From a virus (Duplodnaviria > Caudoviricetes): DNA of 64,000 bases. Position 1 is the first letter of the stretch. Each line of letters begins with the position of its first letter. Where the stretch lies: IMG/VR virus record IMGVR_UViG_3300031994_000009. One strand, given 5' to 3'. The notes under the pieces are model-generated. The model was not told where the DNA came from. It made no database searches and saw only the letters and a list, made by a program, of their open reading frames with translations. The position numbers and the translations under genes are program-made. Positions 49,059 to 58,102 of the stretch are shown here, piece after piece.

Positions 49059-51329
49059 ATGGGACATGTACGTTTGCAAAAAAGAGAGGGAGAGGTTTAT
49101 AAGACCTACAAACTTAAAGTAAAGAGCTTTTCTGGCAATGTAGACATTAAAGCTGGTATCGTTGAATACGATCAAAAGTTCAACAACGTGAGCCAATGGA
49201 TCGCAGATCACCTAACTTCGATGACTATCGGGGAAGCGGCAAGCAGGATTAGCCCTCATAAGATGGATTCGCAATATGCAATGACATCTTTGAGCGACGA
49301 GTGGAAAGATCAACCACTTTACAAAATCTTCACGAGAGGTTTCGGTGGAATGAACGCCGACAACCTTATTATCGAATGTACTAAGACGGAAGAGAATTGT
49401 AAATATGACAAAGAGAAGTCACTTGGTTTCTCTGAATCTGTTTTCAGGACTTTTGGTTTTGCCGCAAATGCTTCTTCAGACATGAAATCGAGAATGACCC
49501 AAGCAAAGGTCAAGATTGGAAGAAAGAATATCGATGAGGATTCGGCTGATGACGAAAAATGCCTGCAAGCGATCTATGAGATTCAAAAGAATGAGTTGCT
49601 TACTGACGATAACTGGAAAGATCGTATCGGATATCTTGAGATGAAGGGCGATCAGGAAAGGGAACTCGAAAGAACTACAATCCTTTATGATTATTATAGG
49701 GCCAACAGAACAACAGTGTTGGATAAGTTGGATAATCTTAAAGTCGAAACGTTAAGCAAGTTCCGTGGAAGCAAGAGAAAATCCGACAGAAAGATTTTGA
49801 CTCTCAATGGCATATCGTATGATATAAAGAGAAAGGAAGGTTGCCAAGGGTTTGAACTGAAGTTTTCTGTCGACAAGAACCATATGGAGTTCGATTTGCT
49901 TGGACATCGTGCTTTGATCAAAAACGGAGAGATGCTGGTTGATATAGAGAATTGCCATGGATCTCAGTTATCTTTAGAAATAGATGGAGACGACATGTAT
50001 GCCATTATCTCGATGAGAACGTTCTGTGAAAAGAATGAGTCAAAGCTTGAAAAGATTATCGGTGCAGATGTCAATATTAAGCATATGTTTCTTATGACAT
50101 CAGAAAAGGATGACGGAAACACGAAATGCTATGTCAATCTATATAGAGAGTTGTTGTCCGATAGTGATTTTACAGATGTCCTGAATAAGGAAGAGTATGA
50201 GATTTTCTCCGAACTTTCAAAATATGTAATGTTCGGTTTGATCGAGACTCCGTATCTTGGATCCCGTGTTATAGGAACGACACAACACGAGAAGATCGTC
50301 GAGGATAAGATTACTTCTGGAATGAAGAAGATCGCCATCAGACTGTTCCAAGAGGGGAAGGTTCGCGAAAGAATCTATGTTCAGAATGTGCTGAAGATCC
50401 GTGCCTTGCTGAAAGCTTTGTTCTCTACGAAACTCGCTTACTCGAATGAACAGAAGATCTATGACAATCTGATGAGATTCGGGGAAAAGGATGACAGGAG
50501 AAAGGATGAAGGTTTCCATACAACGTGCCGTGGAACCAGCCTTCGTTCGGAAATGGACATGCTTTCCAAGAAGATCCTTGCGTGTAGGGACAATATCGTG
50601 GAATACGGTTATTATGTGATCGGACTGAACGGGTTCGATGGGATTTCCCTTGAGAACTTGGAGAGTTCAACTTTCATGGATGTTAAGATCAGCTATCCAT
50701 CTTGTAATTCTATGCTGGATCATTTCAAGCTAAAAGGGAAGACAATCGAGGAAGCGGAAAATCACGAAACTGTCGGGAAGTTTATCAAAAAGGGGTATTA
50801 TGTCATGACTCTCGTTAACGGGAAAATCAACGATATAAATTATTCGGAAAAAGCAGTAATGCTTCACAAGAAGAACTTGCTGTACGACACTGTCATCAAG
50901 TCTACACATTTTGCAGATGTGAAGGATAAGTTTGTGGAACTGTCGAATAACGGAAAGGTCAGCGTTGTCATCGTCCCGCCATATTTTTCTTCGCAAATGG
51001 ACAGTGTTACTCATAAAGTGTTTACTGAGGAGATTGTTGTTCAGAAGAAGAGCAGCAACGGAAAAGTCAGAAAAACGAAGAAGACAGTTCTTGTAGACAA
51101 GAGAAAAGTGAGAAAGACACAGGAGTCGCATATCAATGGTCTTAATGCTGACTATAATGCAGCACTCAACCTGAAATATATCGCCGAAACAATTGATTGG
51201 AGAAGTACGCTTTGTTTCAAGACATGGAATACGTATGGTTCTCCTCAATGGGACTCGAAGATCAAGAACCAGAAAACGATGATCGATCGACTGGATTCGT
51301 TGGGTGCAATAGAATTGAAAAACTGGTGA
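49059..51329 (+). CDS. cas12: Compact type V CRISPR effector, Cas-lambda-like (phage Cas12 family), 756 aa
   Basis: RuvC-I IIGADVN (D337), RuvC-II ISLENL (E532), RuvC-III NADYNAA (D698); YKTYKLKVK N-terminus, SDEWKD, HFADVKD, SQMDS motifs recalled from Cas-lambda; array starts 89 nt downstream. Confidence 0.9.
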   Translation: MGHVRLQKREGEVYKTYKLKVKSFSGNVDIKAGIVEYDQKFNNVSQWIADHLTSMTIGEAASRISPHKMDSQYAMTSLSDEWKDQPLYKIFTRGFGGMNADNLIIECTKTEENCKYDKEKSLGFSESVFRTFGFAANASSDMKSRMTQAKVKIGRKNIDEDSADDEKCLQAIYEIQKNELLTDDNWKDRIGYLEMKGDQERELERTTILYDYYRANRTTVLDKLDNLKVETLSKFRGSKRKSDRKILTLNGISYDIKRKEGCQGFELKFSVDKNHMEFDLLGHRALIKNGEMLVDIENCHGSQLSLEIDGDDMYAIISMRTFCEKNESKLEKIIGADVNIKHMFLMTSEKDDGNTKCYVNLYRELLSDSDFTDVLNKEEYEIFSELSKYVMFGLIETPYLGSRVIGTTQHEKIVEDKITSGMKKIAIRLFQEGKVRERIYVQNVLKIRALLKALFSTKLAYSNEQKIYDNLMRFGEKDDRRKDEGFHTTCRGTSLRSEMDMLSKKILACRDNIVEYGYYVIGLNGFDGISLENLESSTFMDVKISYPSCNSMLDHFKLKGKTIEEAENHETVGKFIKKGYYVMTLVNGKINDINYSEKAVMLHKKNLLYDTVIKSTHFADVKDKFVELSNNGKVSVVIVPPYFSSQMDSVTHKVFTEEIVVQKKSSNGKVRKTKKTVLVDKRKVRKTQESHINGLNADYNAALNLKYIAETIDWRSTLCFKTWNTYGSPQWDSKIKNQKTMIDRLDSLGAIELKNW

Positions 51330-51418
51330 TTTTGATCATGGTTTTGAAACAAAATATTGATTTTTCGTTCTTTGACATGCTTGTTAAAAATTGAGTATCA
51401 GTTTAATATAAAGAATAT
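51330..51418 (+). promoter_or_regulatory. CRISPR leader
   Basis: AT-rich 89 nt adjoining the most conserved repeats. Confidence 0.6.
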
Positions 51419-52034
51419 ATTGTTGTAAATGGCTTTTTATGGGCAACGAACAACTCTCGTCCGATTTCCACCGATACCTAAGACATTGTTGTAAATGGCT
51501 TTTTATGGGCAACGAACAACTGTATGACAGTGAAATTGTCGGGCGTAAAAATTGTTGTAAATGGCTTTTTATGGGCAACGAACAACTCAGGGGCAGTGGC
51601 CTCATCGTCATAGAACATTGTTGTAAATGGCTTTTTATGGGCAACGAACAACACGCTTTCAACTGGTGAAAAACTTGCATTAACTGTTGTAAATGGCTTT
51701 TTATGGGCAACGAACAACTCGAATGGCTATGGCTTGGGTGAGTTCGAAACTGTTGTAAATGGCTTTTTATGGGCAACGAACAACTCAACTTCATCTGATA
51801 TGACTTTTACTTCAACTGTTGTAACTGGCTTTTTTGGGGTCATGAACAACGGATCGTTCCCTGTCGATGAACATCCATGCATTGTTGTAAATGGCTTTTT
51901 TGGGGCCGCGAACAACCCTATCATAGGCATCATGTTTATTTATACATTGTTGTAAATGGCTTTTTTAGATCCGCGAACAACCAACAGAATGATGAAGTTT
52001 TGCAAATGTTATTGTTGTAAATGGTTTTTTTTTT

Positions 52035-52528
52035 GGGAATTATATACCTGATGGCACAAAATGAATAATAACAAATTAAAATACAATAAGATGAAGAAGA
52101 TTTTTATTATGTGCTTAATTGCACTTGGAATGATGTTTATCTCTTGCACTAAACAAAGAGATTCTTATTATGTGAAATATGAAGTTGTTGTAAGCAATCC
52201 GCCTTACAATGCTCCTTCAGCACAATTAGAATTGCTTACTGAAAATACTATTGTTACAAAATCAATAGTAGGCTCATTTACAGAAGTTTATGGTCCATAT
52301 AAATACCATGACAGTACATATTTAAAAATAAGTTGTAATCACGGACATTATAGTTGGAATACAGTAAACGCTTATGGGAAAATATATGTTTCAAAAAACG
52401 AAGAGCCATTTGTGTTAAAACAAGAAATTTCAACAAGATTGGGAGGTGATTCAGACCATGATAATTGTGAAATTTCATATATTATTGACTTTTGATTTTA
52501 ATCTTGTGCCAACAAGTATATAATTACC
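52035..52528. mobile_element. Non-autonomous TIR-bounded cassette (IS1595/ISNwi1-like ends) carrying a lipoprotein gene
   Basis: 28-bp TIRs, 24/28 identical (GGGAATTATATACCTGATGGCACAAAAT vs revcomp GGTAATTATATACTTGTTGGCACAAGAT); T10 on both sides; no transposase. Confidence 0.8.
52091..52495 (+). CDS. Lipoprotein (passenger gene)
   Basis: MKKIFIMCLIALGMMFISC signal peptide II/lipobox; 134 aa. Confidence 0.8.
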   Translation: MKKIFIMCLIALGMMFISCTKQRDSYYVKYEVVVSNPPYNAPSAQLELLTENTIVTKSIVGSFTEVYGPYKYHDSTYLKISCNHGHYSWNTVNAYGKIYVSKNEEPFVLKQEISTRLGGDSDHDNCEISYIIDF

Positions 52529-52655
52529 TTTTTTTTTTAGGGCCATGAACAACGGGGCCATGAACAACTATGATTCTTTATCTCGCCATGTGGCGAGAAA
52601 ATTGGCGAGAATTTGATGAGATTCTATAAGATTGATTTTTTTCAAAAATAAAAAA

Positions 52656-52668
52656 TCCGTATATTTGC
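52656..52668 (+). promoter_or_regulatory. Promoter TCCGTATATTTGC
   Basis: Exact motif copy 3 nt before ATG 52672. Confidence 0.8.
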
Positions 52669-52671
52669 ATC

Positions 52672-53106
52672 ATGCAGATCTTTTTACCATACAAATCACC
52701 GATCGACGTTGCCAGAACATTGGATCCTCGTCGTCTTAACAAGCAGATCATAGAATGTCGACAGATTCTTGCAGCCATAGATCAAAAATCCCTTGCATGG
52801 GCACACCATCCAGTTGTTCTCATGTATAGGGAACATCGATCGTTTGTAGAGAACTATATGTACACACTTGAGTGCTATCAGAAGAATGACATATCTACAG
52901 CTGAGTTTTTTAGCACAGTTGCCATAGGATGGATTCCGTGGTTTGTGACGGAGGATTTCATCATCCAGCATAGAAGAAGGCTCTACACGAAAGATAATGG
53001 CTTCTACAAGGATTTTTCTGTGTATGGAGAGAGCGAAGAGAATTGGTATGTCGTGGATGGTAAGCTTATTAAATATAAAAACGGAAAAATACAAAAAGAG
53101 AAATAA
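52672..53106 (+). CDS. Pyrimidine-dimer DNA glycosylase/DenV-like family protein
   Basis: MQIFLPY...LDPRRLNKQIIECRQIL...HHPVVLMY. Confidence 0.75.
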   Translation: MQIFLPYKSPIDVARTLDPRRLNKQIIECRQILAAIDQKSLAWAHHPVVLMYREHRSFVENYMYTLECYQKNDISTAEFFSTVAIGWIPWFVTEDFIIQHRRRLYTKDNGFYKDFSVYGESEENWYVVDGKLIKYKNGKIQKEK

Positions 53107-53109
53107 GAT

Positions 53110-53301
53110 ATGACAGTAAAAGAACTTATAGAAGAATTAAGTCATTATAACCCTAATGCATTAGTTACAGTTGGAGATAACTTGTACAACGGAATATCAA
53201 TATCCATCAGCGGAGGTGATGGGTGTACGAAATTGGATTGTGATTTTGTATGCTTTGATAAAATTAATAAGCAAGAGAATAATGAAAGCGCACCCTTGTA
53301 A
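53110..53301 (+). CDS. Small hypothetical protein
   Basis: MTVKELIEEL start common in small phage ORFs. Confidence 0.6.
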   Translation: MTVKELIEELSHYNPNALVTVGDNLYNGISISISGGDGCTKLDCDFVCFDKINKQENNESAPL

Positions 53302-54247
53302 ATACATAGTAAAAGAAGATTTTGACTATAACCCTTCTTATGGAGACACTACTGACGAAGAAAGAACGACACATTTTAAAAAAGGTGAGGTATATGTATT
53401 TGAACCTTATCTTGGGAAATGTTATAAAGAGGGTGAAATGTCATTGGTGACTCACATATTACCTGAAATGAATAACCATTTCGTTTGGAGAGAAGAATTT
53501 TTCAAAGAACATTTTATCAAAAAAATCATGAATAAGCTAAAAACAGTCACATTTACTGGAATTGATGAAATGACCGATATAGAAAGACTGGTCGATATTC
53601 AAAATAGATATCCTTATGCCGAGTTTGGTGTGTTGATGTCTATGAATTGGGCAGAGAACGGGAACAGATATCCGAATCCAGATATACTTGATAGACTTTG
53701 TGGACATGGTTTACATTTGTCATTGCATCTTTGCGGTCGTTTGTCAAGGGAGTCGTTCATGGGAAATTGGTCAGATCTCTTAGAAATTTGCCAAGTTAAC
53801 GAAGAAAAGGTAGGAATGTTCGACAGGATCCAGCTGAATGTGGCACATCAGGGTGTCGATGGTTTGATCAAGATAGATGGATGTCCTTTTGATGTAAAGC
53901 AGTTTATCATCCAGCAGAGATCTCCAGATGATTGTGATCTTTATAAGATTAACGAAGAAAATCCTTTGATATCGATGCTATGTGACATGTCTGGTGGACG
54001 TGGCGTTTTTGATATGGCATTCTTGCCATATGTTGGAAAAACAAGTAAAATGGTAGGATATGCTGGAGGTCTTGATGAAGATAATGTAATATTCAGGCTA
54101 TATCAGATAGAGGAGTCTGAACCAGAAAACGACTACTGGATTGACATGGAGTCTTCGTTGAGGAGAAACGAGAATGATCTTTTTGATCTTGATACTATTG
54201 AACGTATTTTGGAAAAGATAGACAAGTGGATGAAAAATTATGGATAA
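53282..54247 (+). CDS. TrpF-like TIM-barrel protein (possible internal start at 53528)
   Basis: VTFTGID, HLCG, RIQLN, DMSGGRG, GYAGGL, WIDMES motifs. Confidence 0.65.
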   Translation: MKAHPCKYIVKEDFDYNPSYGDTTDEERTTHFKKGEVYVFEPYLGKCYKEGEMSLVTHILPEMNNHFVWREEFFKEHFIKKIMNKLKTVTFTGIDEMTDIERLVDIQNRYPYAEFGVLMSMNWAENGNRYPNPDILDRLCGHGLHLSLHLCGRLSRESFMGNWSDLLEICQVNEEKVGMFDRIQLNVAHQGVDGLIKIDGCPFDVKQFIIQQRSPDDCDLYKINEENPLISMLCDMSGGRGVFDMAFLPYVGKTSKMVGYAGGLDEDNVIFRLYQIEESEPENDYWIDMESSLRRNENDLFDLDTIERILEKIDKWMKNYG

Positions 54248-54404
54248 AATTTTAAGAACGGATAGGATTGCACAGGATGTCGGAATGTTGTGCAAAGTTA
54301 AATCTGATAAAAATGCTATAGCTATTTTGTGCGATTTGCTTTATTTTACGAATTTGAAAACAAAATGGAAGGATGATGTTGTTGTCGCGATCAATGAGAT
54401 TTGA
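54240..54404 (+). CDS. Small hypothetical protein (54 aa)
   Basis: ATG overlaps the previous gene end; followed by a terminator. Confidence 0.45.
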   Translation: MDKILRTDRIAQDVGMLCKVKSDKNAIAILCDLLYFTNLKTKWKDDVVVAINEI

Positions 54405-54430
54405 CCAGAATATTTTTCAGAACAATAAGA

Positions 54431-54466
54431 AAAAGGCACCTCTTTAGAGATGCCTTTTCTTTTTTG
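54431..54466. terminator. Bidirectional terminator
   Basis: AAAAGGCACCTCT-TT-AGAGATGCCTTTT between convergent genes. Confidence 0.75.
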
Positions 54467-54472
54467 TATATT

Positions 54473-55831
54473 TTATAGAACTTCTATCTTAAATACTCCA
54501 GCTGTATATTGGTTCGTAGATTCATATACTGTGTATGCTATTCCATTTATAACAGCCGTGTATGTTTTTGTTGGCATCTCGAATCCACCCATCTTTATAT
54601 AAGGTATTGTCATGTAAGGAGGAACTATGAAGAATATCTTGTCCCCGTTTCTTTCTGTGTATATGTCATACAGACCTTTAGGATCTTCAGTTTCCTTGTA
54701 TGTTGTTATATCAGTGTACGATTGTCCAGCTCCATAATATATTACAGATGTTTCTGGGGTAGGTGGAATTGGATTTGGAACATCTATGTATAGGATATAA
54801 TTTCCAGCGGTGTATACGTTTGTTGATTCATAAACTGTATACAAGTCGTCTTGTGTGTTATATGCGATCATAGGGACATCGAATCCGTTCATCGTGATCT
54901 TGAATCCGTTCAGGTTCTTTGGTATAATGAAGAAGAACTTGTCCCCGTTTTCGTTTACTGTTATGTTGTATAGACCAGCTGGAGTTGTATTGTGTATCTC
55001 TGATGTTGCATCTTTATATGTTTGCCCAGCACCATAGTATATTGTAAGTACAGCTGTGACTGATGTTTGCGATGAAAGGATCTTTCCACCTCCAAAGTCT
55101 GCTGTTGCTTTGAATTTTATCGTTTCTGATGTTTCTGGAGTAATTAAGTATGATGTTGTCAACACTTTACCGCTTCCGTTGTTAAGGATGTTATTGCTTG
55201 CGTCGTATATAGTTATAAGATTTGCGTCGTTTGAACATTTTGCCGTTATTGATATTAGTGTATCTATTCCTACGTCGATTATGTTAGGATTGGCTGTTAT
55301 CACTATGGAGTCTTCAACATGTTCGTTTATTGCCCTTACGTTGTATATTCCTTCGTCAAATGTCTCCATGGTTTCGTGAAGCGTATAGGATTTAGAACCT
55401 ATTATTATGTTAGATATTGCTGTTGGTTCAATGGATCCGTTTATGTCAAATCTTACATTGGGCATGGATGAAGGAAACCCTATGTATATCTTAGACCCTG
55501 TTTCCGTGACCGTAATTTGAAAAGACATATATGGTGTATTTGAACGGATGGAGTTTTGCATAACAGCGATTTTTTCTGTTCCAGCTCCGTAATATATTAT
55601 GGACAAAGAACCTGTTGATGTGTCCATCATGTCCCCGTTGAATATTTCTACGGCACCATTGATAGAACCTATTCCGAATAAAAGTCTTGCGCTTTTTGTC
55701 GTTTCGTCTTCGTAGTATGGGACAACGGCTGGTTCCCCAAGGACTAATCCCTTGTCTACAAGGTGCTTTACAGCTGTTTCGTAATTTGGTGCTATATACT
55801 TATATGCGTTGAATTTGTTTGTGTTCGGCAT
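54473..55831 (-). CDS. Putative structural protein with three IYYGAG-initiated beta-rich repeats
   Basis: Repeats IYYGAG...NGDK.FFI.P...YTVYESTN.YTAG; late motif at 55851-55857. Confidence 0.6.
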   Translation of the reverse strand: MPNTNKFNAYKYIAPNYETAVKHLVDKGLVLGEPAVVPYYEDETTKSARLLFGIGSINGAVEIFNGDMMDTSTGSLSIIYYGAGTEKIAVMQNSIRSNTPYMSFQITVTETGSKIYIGFPSSMPNVRFDINGSIEPTAISNIIIGSKSYTLHETMETFDEGIYNVRAINEHVEDSIVITANPNIIDVGIDTLISITAKCSNDANLITIYDASNNILNNGSGKVLTTSYLITPETSETIKFKATADFGGGKILSSQTSVTAVLTIYYGAGQTYKDATSEIHNTTPAGLYNITVNENGDKFFFIIPKNLNGFKITMNGFDVPMIAYNTQDDLYTVYESTNVYTAGNYILYIDVPNPIPPTPETSVIYYGAGQSYTDITTYKETEDPKGLYDIYTERNGDKIFFIVPPYMTIPYIKMGGFEMPTKTYTAVINGIAYTVYESTNQYTAGVFKIEVL

Positions 55832-55845
55832 TTTTTAATAATGTT

Positions 55846-56604
55846 TTATATATTTATCGGAACATATTTGAATTTTCTGATTTTCATTGGGTGAGATATA
55901 AACACTTCTTTTTTGTCTGGGTTTTCGCACCATACGTTAAATATGATGTTCATTCTGCATTCTCTTGAAGGGGTTTTTGTATTGATTCTCATCATTTTGC
56001 ATATATCTCCTTTTACTTCTCTGAATTTCTTTCCGTTGACTTTGAACACTATACTGTTTGGTAGCCATTCGCATTCATACTTTATGAAATTGAATTCTGG
56101 ATTTTTTGTCTGTTTAGTCCATGGTATATTTTTTGAACCGATCGATCTATGCGCCATGAAGTCGTTGTTGTAGTGGACATTTGTAGTTGTACGCCACGAA
56201 AGCTGTAGATATGGAGGCTGTCTTATAAAAAGTTTAAGGTAGTTTCCATATCCAGACCATGCCTCCATGATGTCTATCTCTGGGGGCCAGTTTCCGTCCC
56301 CTGACAACCAGAACGATGGCCATAATCCTTTTCCAGAAGGAAGTTGTATTTCAGCGGAGAATGTGCCGAAAGAGAAGCTCTCTACTGATCTCATTGTTGC
56401 TACTTCTATTGCTGGATTGTATGTGTTACCATCCCAATGATGAATTGTTTTTGGGTTTCTTTTGATAGAAAGCTCCAATGTTTCGTTTTCTGCGCATCTT
56501 ATTGTATCTTGACTGTACCAATACCATGGGGATTCTGGATGAATTATTCTCCCCCCTTCCATCTCTGAATGCCAATTGTATCCGCACCATGAAAATTTTA
56601 ACAT
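55846..56604 (-). CDS. Glycoside hydrolase family 16
   Basis: GLWPSFWL and WPPEIDIME catalytic motif. Confidence 0.85.
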   Translation of the reverse strand: MLKFSWCGYNWHSEMEGGRIIHPESPWYWYSQDTIRCAENETLELSIKRNPKTIHHWDGNTYNPAIEVATMRSVESFSFGTFSAEIQLPSGKGLWPSFWLSGDGNWPPEIDIMEAWSGYGNYLKLFIRQPPYLQLSWRTTTNVHYNNDFMAHRSIGSKNIPWTKQTKNPEFNFIKYECEWLPNSIVFKVNGKKFREVKGDICKMMRINTKTPSRECRMNIIFNVWCENPDKKEVFISHPMKIRKFKYVPINI

Positions 56605-56666
56605 TTTCTAAAAATAGTTTTTGTATTTATCTAAGATGATAAATATCAGAAAATGAAGAAAATACA

Positions 56667-57008
56667 ATGGAGAAAAATATTTGTGTGACTTTACCAAGTA
56701 ATGTCGACTGGTCAGATTACGAGAAAGAGCTTGAACAAGTTAAGGACTATAAGATGGTTATGAATTTTCGTGTTCCGTTCTTGCCGAAAAAAGAAGACAG
56801 ACCTTTCATAAAAAGATGTTACGTTTGCCATAGAGGTTTTGTTGTGGGTTGGATGGATGTTGTCGGATTTGTCGATGAATTCGATTTTGAATGCCAAGCG
56901 ACAGGGAAAAAATGGAACGGAAAATTTATTCAGAGATCTGGTCCGTTCCATCCCATTGCTCCAGTTCCTATGAAAGGTTTTCGTGGTTTTCGGTATGTTG
57001 ATTTTTAA
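56667..57008 (+). CDS. Hypothetical protein (possibly ASCH/PUA-like)
   Basis: 113 aa, PMKGFRGFRY terminus. Confidence 0.55.
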   Translation: MEKNICVTLPSNVDWSDYEKELEQVKDYKMVMNFRVPFLPKKEDRPFIKRCYVCHRGFVVGWMDVVGFVDEFDFECQATGKKWNGKFIQRSGPFHPIAPVPMKGFRGFRYVDF

Positions 57009-58051
57009 GGCATTCCTGGTATGCCGAACGATCTTGCCCCTGCTGGGACGAAACCAGTCGCTAGCCATACAATGAACCTTATGTTGAGGATCGATAGCTT
57101 TTCGTACCGTGGAATGGGTTCCGCATCGACTAGTGTCATCAGTATGAGGTTTGTTGCTGTTTTGATAGTCTGGTGATCGAATTGTTGGAGAGTTCCAAAC
57201 TGGCCTGGGTTAAAATCACGTCCAGCGGTTGCGGCTCCAGCCGTCGCCATTAGAGCGGTGTTCGTTTTTTTTATAACGCCGTTTGCCTCGTTGATCTTTT
57301 GCTGGACGGTGGAAATCGTTTTTGCGACTGGATCTGGTATAGTGTTGTTTATCGATCTGTTTACGTTCATGATTTGCATCTTTGTCGTCATGAAACTCTT
57401 AGGCGTCATGAAAAAGCACATTCCAGCTGCGTCTACACCCATTATTGGTATGCTTGCTATAATTGTTATTATAACATTGATAATTTGCATTATTCCGTTA
57501 ACGACTTGTGCAAGGGCATTAAGTGCAGCAATAGGTGCTGCAAGGGCTGGATTTGCAGCAGATCCTTTTCCCTTCAACAAAGATTCCAGTGTCTTTTTGA
57601 CAACTTTTGCCTCTATGATTTGTATGGTCTTTTTGACCTTTTCGATCCTGTATTTTACGATTTGGAACTTTTTCAGTATGATTTGGGATGCTATGTATTT
57701 CGTGTATTTCGCATCAACCGATATCTGAATGTCGTCTTCGTTAATGTTTTCAAACATGCCAGTGTCATATTGTATGTCATCTGACATCCCGTTTGATACT
57801 GCAATTATCATGGATTTCTGGATATTTACAAGATCAGATGATATTCCTCCAAGTCTTGTCGCGAAAGAACTTATGTCACACATGTCGAATTTATCTGGAA
57901 ACGATTCAACAATGGCTTTTTCAACTTTTCCTAGGTTTTCTTCCGCATTGCATACCGCATCGTATGATAAGAATAGTTTTTGCGCTATTTCGGATGAGTT
58001 GAAAGTTGATCCAGTTACAGGATAATTTGTTTCTCCAGTTGTTTGTGACAC
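57005..58051 (-). CDS. Hypothetical putative structural protein
   Basis: 348 aa, hydrophobic helical region; late motif at 58130-58136. Confidence 0.6.
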   Translation of the reverse strand: MSQTTGETNYPVTGSTFNSSEIAQKLFLSYDAVCNAEENLGKVEKAIVESFPDKFDMCDISSFATRLGGISSDLVNIQKSMIIAVSNGMSDDIQYDTGMFENINEDDIQISVDAKYTKYIASQIILKKFQIVKYRIEKVKKTIQIIEAKVVKKTLESLLKGKGSAANPALAAPIAALNALAQVVNGIMQIINVIITIIASIPIMGVDAAGMCFFMTPKSFMTTKMQIMNVNRSINNTIPDPVAKTISTVQQKINEANGVIKKTNTALMATAGAATAGRDFNPGQFGTLQQFDHQTIKTATNLILMTLVDAEPIPRYEKLSILNIRFIVWLATGFVPAGARSFGIPGMP

Positions 58052-58102
58052 AGTGAGTTATGAATTGTTTTTTAATAGAACACTTTTTTGTTCAGCTAAT
58101 AT

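Larger units (their letters stand above)
51419..52568 (+). CRISPR. CRISPR array, 36-nt repeat ATTGTTGTAAATGGCTTTTTATGGGCAACGAACAAC; 9 intact repeats, a 10th split repeat, 9 spacers of 29-30 nt
   Basis: Repeats start at 51419, 51485, 51551, 51617, 51683, 51749, 51815, 51881, 51946; split repeat 52011-52034 plus 52529-52553; extra half repeat 52554-52568. Confidence 0.97.

Noticed and set aside
49059-51329. TnpB / IS200-IS605 transposon
   Set aside because: Too large, no zinc-finger CxxC pairs, no TnpA or IS ends, and directly linked to a CRISPR array
51384-51955. ORFs over the CRISPR array
   Set aside because: Artefacts of the 66-nt period (divisible by 3)
51455-52010. Self-targeting spacers
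   Set aside because: No match noticed in this window by eye; not exhaustive, and the rest of the genome is unseen
52581-52610. TCTCGCCA-TG-TGGCGAGA palindrome after the array as a defined element
   Set aside because: Real palindrome, but the loop is very short, there is no T-tail and no second copy; function cannot be supported
48930-52670. tracrRNA or anti-repeat
   Set aside because: No stretch complementary to the repeat was seen; the repeat-like bases at 52529-52568 are in the same orientation
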